A stretch of 64,000 nucleotides of DNA, taken from NCBI RefSeq assembly GCF_001194135.2, contig NC_068983.1, forward strand, positions 4,686,561-4,750,560, written 5' to 3'. The notes below the pieces were generated by a model. The model searched no databases. It worked only from the letters and a program-made list of their open reading frames with translations, and was not told the origin of the DNA. Both the position numbers and the translations under genes were made by a program. This DNA comes from Octopus bimaculoides (lineage: Eukaryota). Within the stretch, counting starts at the first letter, position 1. Every line of letters begins with the position of its first letter. Below, in pieces: positions 59,331-64,000 of the stretch.

Positions 59331-60591
59331 GTATGTATGTATGTATGTATGTATGTATGTATGTATGTATGTGTGTATGTATGTATGTATGTATGTATGT
59401 ATGTATGTATGTATGTATGTATGTATGTACATAATGTTTTTCTTCGAGATTTTAAAGTTTTTCCTTTGTAGCATTCAAGCTGGTCACTAGCATAGTAAGA
59501 AAACTCAAGTTTTAGTCAAGACCGATCTCGACGTTTCTGGATATGCAATTCAGTTCATGCGTGTATGTATGTGTGAGTGCGTGTGCGTGTGTGCGCGCCT
59601 GTGTGTGTGTGTGCTTCCGTATATATTTATAAAAGTTAGATGTCCTCCATGTTCAAGGTGATGCAATTTCAGTTTATACTCCCTTGCTTTCAATTCTAAT
59701 GTTGCTTAATAATCTTGTGTAACAGAATTCATTTTATTGACAAACACAGACACAAAGCCACACACTCTCTCAGTCTCTCCCTCTCACAGACGGCGTGTTG
59801 GCAGAAACGTTAGCACGCCGGGCGATATGCTTAGCGGTATTTCGTCTGTTTTTACGTTCTGAGTTCAAATTCCGCCGAGGTCGACTTTGCCTTTCATTCT
59901 TTCAGGGTCGATAAATTAAGTACCATTCACGCACTGGGATCACTGTAAGCAACTTAATCCCTTTGTCTGTCCTTGTCTGTCCCCTCTATGATTAGCCCCT
60001 TGTGGGCAATAAAGAAATAAGACGCTCATACGACGGGCTTCTTACAGTTTCCGTCCACCATATCCACCCACAAAGCTTTGGTCGGTCTGAGGCTACAGAA
60101 CACAGTTGCCCAGTATACTATACAGTGGGATTGAACCCAGAACCATCAGGTGGAGAAAGAAACTTCTTACCACACAACCACTGCTGCGCCTACAATTTGT
60201 ATAAAAACAAAAACGGGAGTTGCCCAAATATATTTAAAATGAATGCCACTACACGTGTGCGTGTTTGAAGGGTAAAGCGATGTCAATTAGCAGGGAAGTA
60301 CGGAGATAATCGCTTTTTAATGGAAATGTTTTAACATAACCCCACCCCACCCAATCCACCCGTCGAAAAAACAAAGAAAATCTACCTAGTAAATGCCGAT
60401 ATAAAAAATATTGGTTGTTTGGTTAGTTGGTACGCCGCTATATGTATATATAAAAAAAATTTTTTTTTAATGCAACAAGAACGTAACAGGCGACAACAAA
60501 ACAGACCATAAGTCAAGGAAAAGATGCACTCGTATATCTGTCAGTAGAGTGGGTATATTATTTGAAATGTATGGTATTAAATATCTATCAA

Positions 60592-60834
60592 GGCTGGTCT
60601 TACCAATCGGTTTCGCATAAAGAATACAATGGAGTGTTAGGTAACGATACGATTATACAACTTTATACTCATCAGAGTTAGCCGATACGGAAGGGGATAT
60701 GGTGACTGCTGTCATTGCCAGAGGTGAGTACAACTGGTCGGAGGTGAGTACAACTGGTCGGAGTTATATAATCAGATTGTTACCTAACACACTCCATAGA
60801 ATTCTTTACGCGAAACCGATTCGTAAGACCAGCC
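60592..60834. mobile_element. MITE with about 70-bp imperfect inverted arms and an internal 20-bp tandem duplication
   Basis: ggctggtcttaccaatcggtttcgc… pairs with …gcgaaaccgattcgtaagaccagcc. gaggtgagtacaactggtcg occurs twice at 60721-60760. Confidence 0.8.
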
Positions 60835-60983
60835 GTGATGGAAATTTAACACTATACTTTTCGGATAAATATATGCTTGTATGCATGTATGTATGTATGT
60901 ATGTATGTATAAATGTATGTATGCATGTATGTGTGTGTGTATATATATATATATATATGTGTGTGTGTATATATATATATATG

Positions 60984-61022
<39 letters not shown>

Positions 61023-61264
61023 NNNNNNNNNNNNNNNNNNNNNNNNNNNNNNNNNNNNNNNNNNNNNNNNNNNNNNNNNNNNNNNNNNNNNNNNNNNNNN
61101 NNNNNNNNNNNNNNNNNNNNNNNNNNNNNNNNNNNNNNNNNNNNNNNNNNNNNNNNNNNNNNNNNNNNNNNNNNNNNNNNTTTGAATGTTGTGGTCAGCG
61201 GTCTATCCCCAATGCAAACCTTCAGATCAACCTTCTCCTATTGGATCTCTAATGCAACTTAAAA

Positions 61265-61478
61265 AAAAAAAAACAGTCAATGAGTGGAAATAACCAATAA
61301 ACTGATTCCTTATGGGATTTCCCAATCAAATTGCCAGCAAACCATTTTCAGCCAAACCAATTTCAACGGATTTCGCTCAAATCTGATATCGATGTTACTT
61401 ATTTTGGTTTGAAATAAAGCACTTGATCACTTAATAATCCTAGCTTAATCCCGGGCAGCGCCGGGCTATACTACTAGT
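61265..61478 (+). mobile_element. Probable non-autonomous Helitron 3' end
   Basis: A GC hairpin cccgggcagcgccggg (61450-61465) is followed 8 nt later by CTAG|T (61474-61478). The 5' end was not located. Confidence 0.6.
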
Positions 61479-61630
61479 TCTAACTCTATGGTAGTAAGAC
61501 TTCTTCAGGGTTAATATAGAGCTCATGGAACTTAGGTAATCATTTTTCTTCTGAAGGATGCATAGAGTATTTTATGCATCCTTTCATGAGCTCTATATTA
61601 ACCCTGAAGTCCTGCCACCTTATAGTTAGA
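61479..61630. mobile_element. Hairpin/MITE with a 25-bp perfect core arm and a nested inner hairpin
   Basis: cttcagggttaatatagagctcatg (61503-61527) pairs with 61585-61609, and the outer arms extend imperfectly. The inner hairpin is aaggatgcata/tatgcatcctt. Confidence 0.7.
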
Positions 61631-62181
61631 ATATGGTACCTTTCTCAGCACTTGACCAAATGCTTGGAAATTCTGATCAGCTGGGTGCTAGGACTGAAAC
61701 ATATATGTAGGTTCCTTTGTTTTATCTTATCATTTTTGAGCTTTTCAACCTGTAATCAATTTATTTGTACTGTTATGTGTTGTTTATACGACGTCTACCA
61801 AATCCACTCGCAAGGCTTTGGTCGGCCCGAGGCTATAGTAGAAGACACTTGCCCAAGGTGCCGCGCAGTGGGACTGAACCCTGAACCGTGTCGTTGGGAA
61901 GAAAGATTCTTAGCACACAACTACGCCAGCGCCTATATCTCCAGGTTCTTGATGTGAAGCGAATGAGAGATAAACCATCTTCTGGATAGAGCGCTAGTCT
62001 ATCGCAGATAACTTTCTCAGATGTTTGGCAGGGCTTGGTTAACCTTTAAGCAAAGTAAGAGAATGACTAGGGATGCAAAAGGAAGGGAAACATCTCAGAG
62101 CTTTTTCCTGTATTGGATTTCATGTGGGCAAATAGTGCAGCTTGACCTGGGCCTTGTAAAAAATGGGAAACGCGCAAGCAT

Positions 62182-62216
<35 letters not shown>

Positions 62217-62237
62217 CACACACACGCACACATCTCT

Positions 62238-62781
62238 AGATGGGAAACGCAATCGGTGTAAATCTAAAAAGAGGTTTAAGGATGGCATAAGGACTACCAT
62301 GAAGTCACTTGGAATGGATCCAAAAGCCATAGAAACCATTGCTTCGGATCGAGCTGGATGGCAAACAAAGGTATGGAATGGAGTGAAAGCTTTTGAGAAG
62401 GCCAGGATGACATATCCGGGACTCAACACAGATTTAAAGAAGGATGTTGTGATCGAGAAGGTGAATCTCAGTGACCTTTTTGTGTGCACAGTTTGTGACA
62501 GAGCATATCTTTCTTTTGCTGGGCTCAAATCTCATTTGCGGACCTATAGAAAACGAACCTCCATCAACTACTCTGTCTATATGTCTGTGCACACCTTTCA
62601 ATGCCATAAGGTCTGCAAATCTAACGGAGGCCTCAAAATACATTTTAAGATCCACAAAGATCAGAGCTTATCTGCAGCACTTGGTGGTCCAAATCTGATG
62701 TGCAACCTATGTGGTTGTCTTTTCAATACATTGTCTGGTTTAAAAAGCCATATCAGATGCCATGATGGTTCTAAAGTGTAG
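62238..62781 (+). mobile_element. RTE LINE 3' end encoding three C2H2-like zinc fingers
   Basis: GKRNRCKSKKRFKDGIRTTMKSLGMDPKAIETIASDRAGWQTKVWNGVKAFE is an RTE C-terminal motif. It is followed by FVCTVCDRAYLSFAGLKSHLRTY, FQCHKVCKSNGGLKIHFKIH and LMCNLCGCLFNTLSGLKSHIRCH. Confidence 0.8.
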
Positions 62782-62827
62782 GCACAAGAGGTGGTCAGAC
62801 TTTGCACAAGCTGACAACCACCATCAC

Positions 62828-62893
<66 letters not shown>

Positions 62894-64000
62894 GTGTGTG
62901 TATAACGATTTGATTCAGTTTCGCATGTTTTAAACTCCATGGGCGCTGAAGCCACATCCATACCTTAACGCCGAGTAGAAAGTCAGAGAGAAATTCAAGA
63001 TGGCTTTAAGACGTTTAGAGCTCTATTGGTCAACTAAGGTCACGTGGTATTGATGTTATCAAAGCTACACTCTTACCCTCCCCGCAGCTGCAATTGGTAA
63101 CCTAGTCACAGACATCACTTGAAGCATGCCTAATCTATCAGCAAATAGATTTTCAATAGGGCCGCGCCCTGCTATAACGCTTGACATGGTACAGAGAGAA
63201 GAGGGAGAGAAAGTAGAAGAAAGATACGGAGAGAATTAACATAAGAGGTGCAGCACGAGCGCATATACTAGGCTTGGTGGCAGGTATGTAGTAAAAGAAC
63301 GCTACATATACTCACAGTAAGAGACAAAGAATCAGGGACGGAGGAAGAGGAAGGGGAAGGAGGCAGAAGAGGAGGGGTAGAAGTGAAGGAGGCACAAGAG
63401 GAGGAGAAAGAGGGGAAGGAGGGGAAAAGGAAGAGGGGGAGGTTGAGGTGAAGGAGGCAGAAGAGGAGTGGAGGGGGAGAAATGACAGGGTAGTGCAGTT
63501 TTTTTCTTCTGAGAATTTGTATTTATTTCATCATTTTGTAAATGCACCAAGAAATTTGATAAAAGTTGAACAATAATTAATGTGTGTATTCCATATTTCC
63601 TGATATTACCCATGGCGACAAATGTATATTCCTAAAGTTATCCATCATATGATGGGTAATACTCTAATAATATTCTTTTCTACTCTAAGCACAAGGCTCG
63701 AAATTTTTGGGGAAGGGGCCAGTCGATTAGATCAATCCAGTACGCAACTGGTACTTAATTTATCGACCACCGGGATGATGAAAGGCAAAGTCGAACTCGG
63801 CGGAATTTGAACTCAGAACGTAAAGACAGACGAAATAACACTCTAGTAATATTATACAATTGAAAACATTCATGATGTATTTTAAACTTGGAAATACAAC
63901 AAAACTGCAATCTGGCACTGCAACATGGAGCAACCCAAGTGGCTCCCTCTATCATGCGTCAATGACAATTATATGACGTTCTCTGCTGGCAGACGTTTGT

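Noticed and set aside
62299-62781. Host C2H2 zinc-finger gene
   Set aside because: The fingers are degenerate, lack TGEKP linkers, follow an RTE C-terminal motif, and have no splice signals.
1-64000. CRISPR array, rRNA genes, operon-like or viral systems
   Set aside because: The DNA is eukaryotic and intron-rich. There are no regularly spaced direct repeats with unique spacers, no rRNA-like sequence and no viral ORFs.

Overview
This is AT-rich, microsatellite-dense animal genomic DNA with 12 N-gaps. The repeat families and architecture resemble an octopus or other cephalopod draft assembly (inference). One complete protein-coding gene can be assembled by hand on the minus strand: ATXN7L3/Sgf11, a subunit of the SAGA deubiquitination module. 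It has 11 coding exons from 30948 to 11772, with GT-AG junctions in consistent phase, 1041 nt and 346 aa, and includes 17-nt and 26-nt micro-exons; the N-terminal exon is the least certain. A second housekeeping-type promoter with a candidate first coding exon lies at about 56.7 kb (minus strand), but the gene is unidentified. The rest is transposon-derived. It includes at least four SINE-like families, RTE-clade LINE fragments (Rex3/Expander-like, PHD-finger-bearing, and C2H2-finger-bearing), and two copies of an RLE-endonuclease retrotransposon sitting in (TACA)n tracts. There is also a Penelope-like fragment, a mariner relic, a probable Helitron 3' end, and many unrelated hairpin/MITE elements. 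The most unusual features are a TA-flanked MITE carrying a tRNA-like cloverleaf, a hairpin with inward-facing TTAGGG/CCCTAA repeats, and a micro-exon whose skipping creates an exact TGA at the junction. There are no CRISPR arrays, rRNA genes or clearly intact tRNA genes. All family assignments are from remembered motifs; no database searches were run, and repeat boundaries are approximate.
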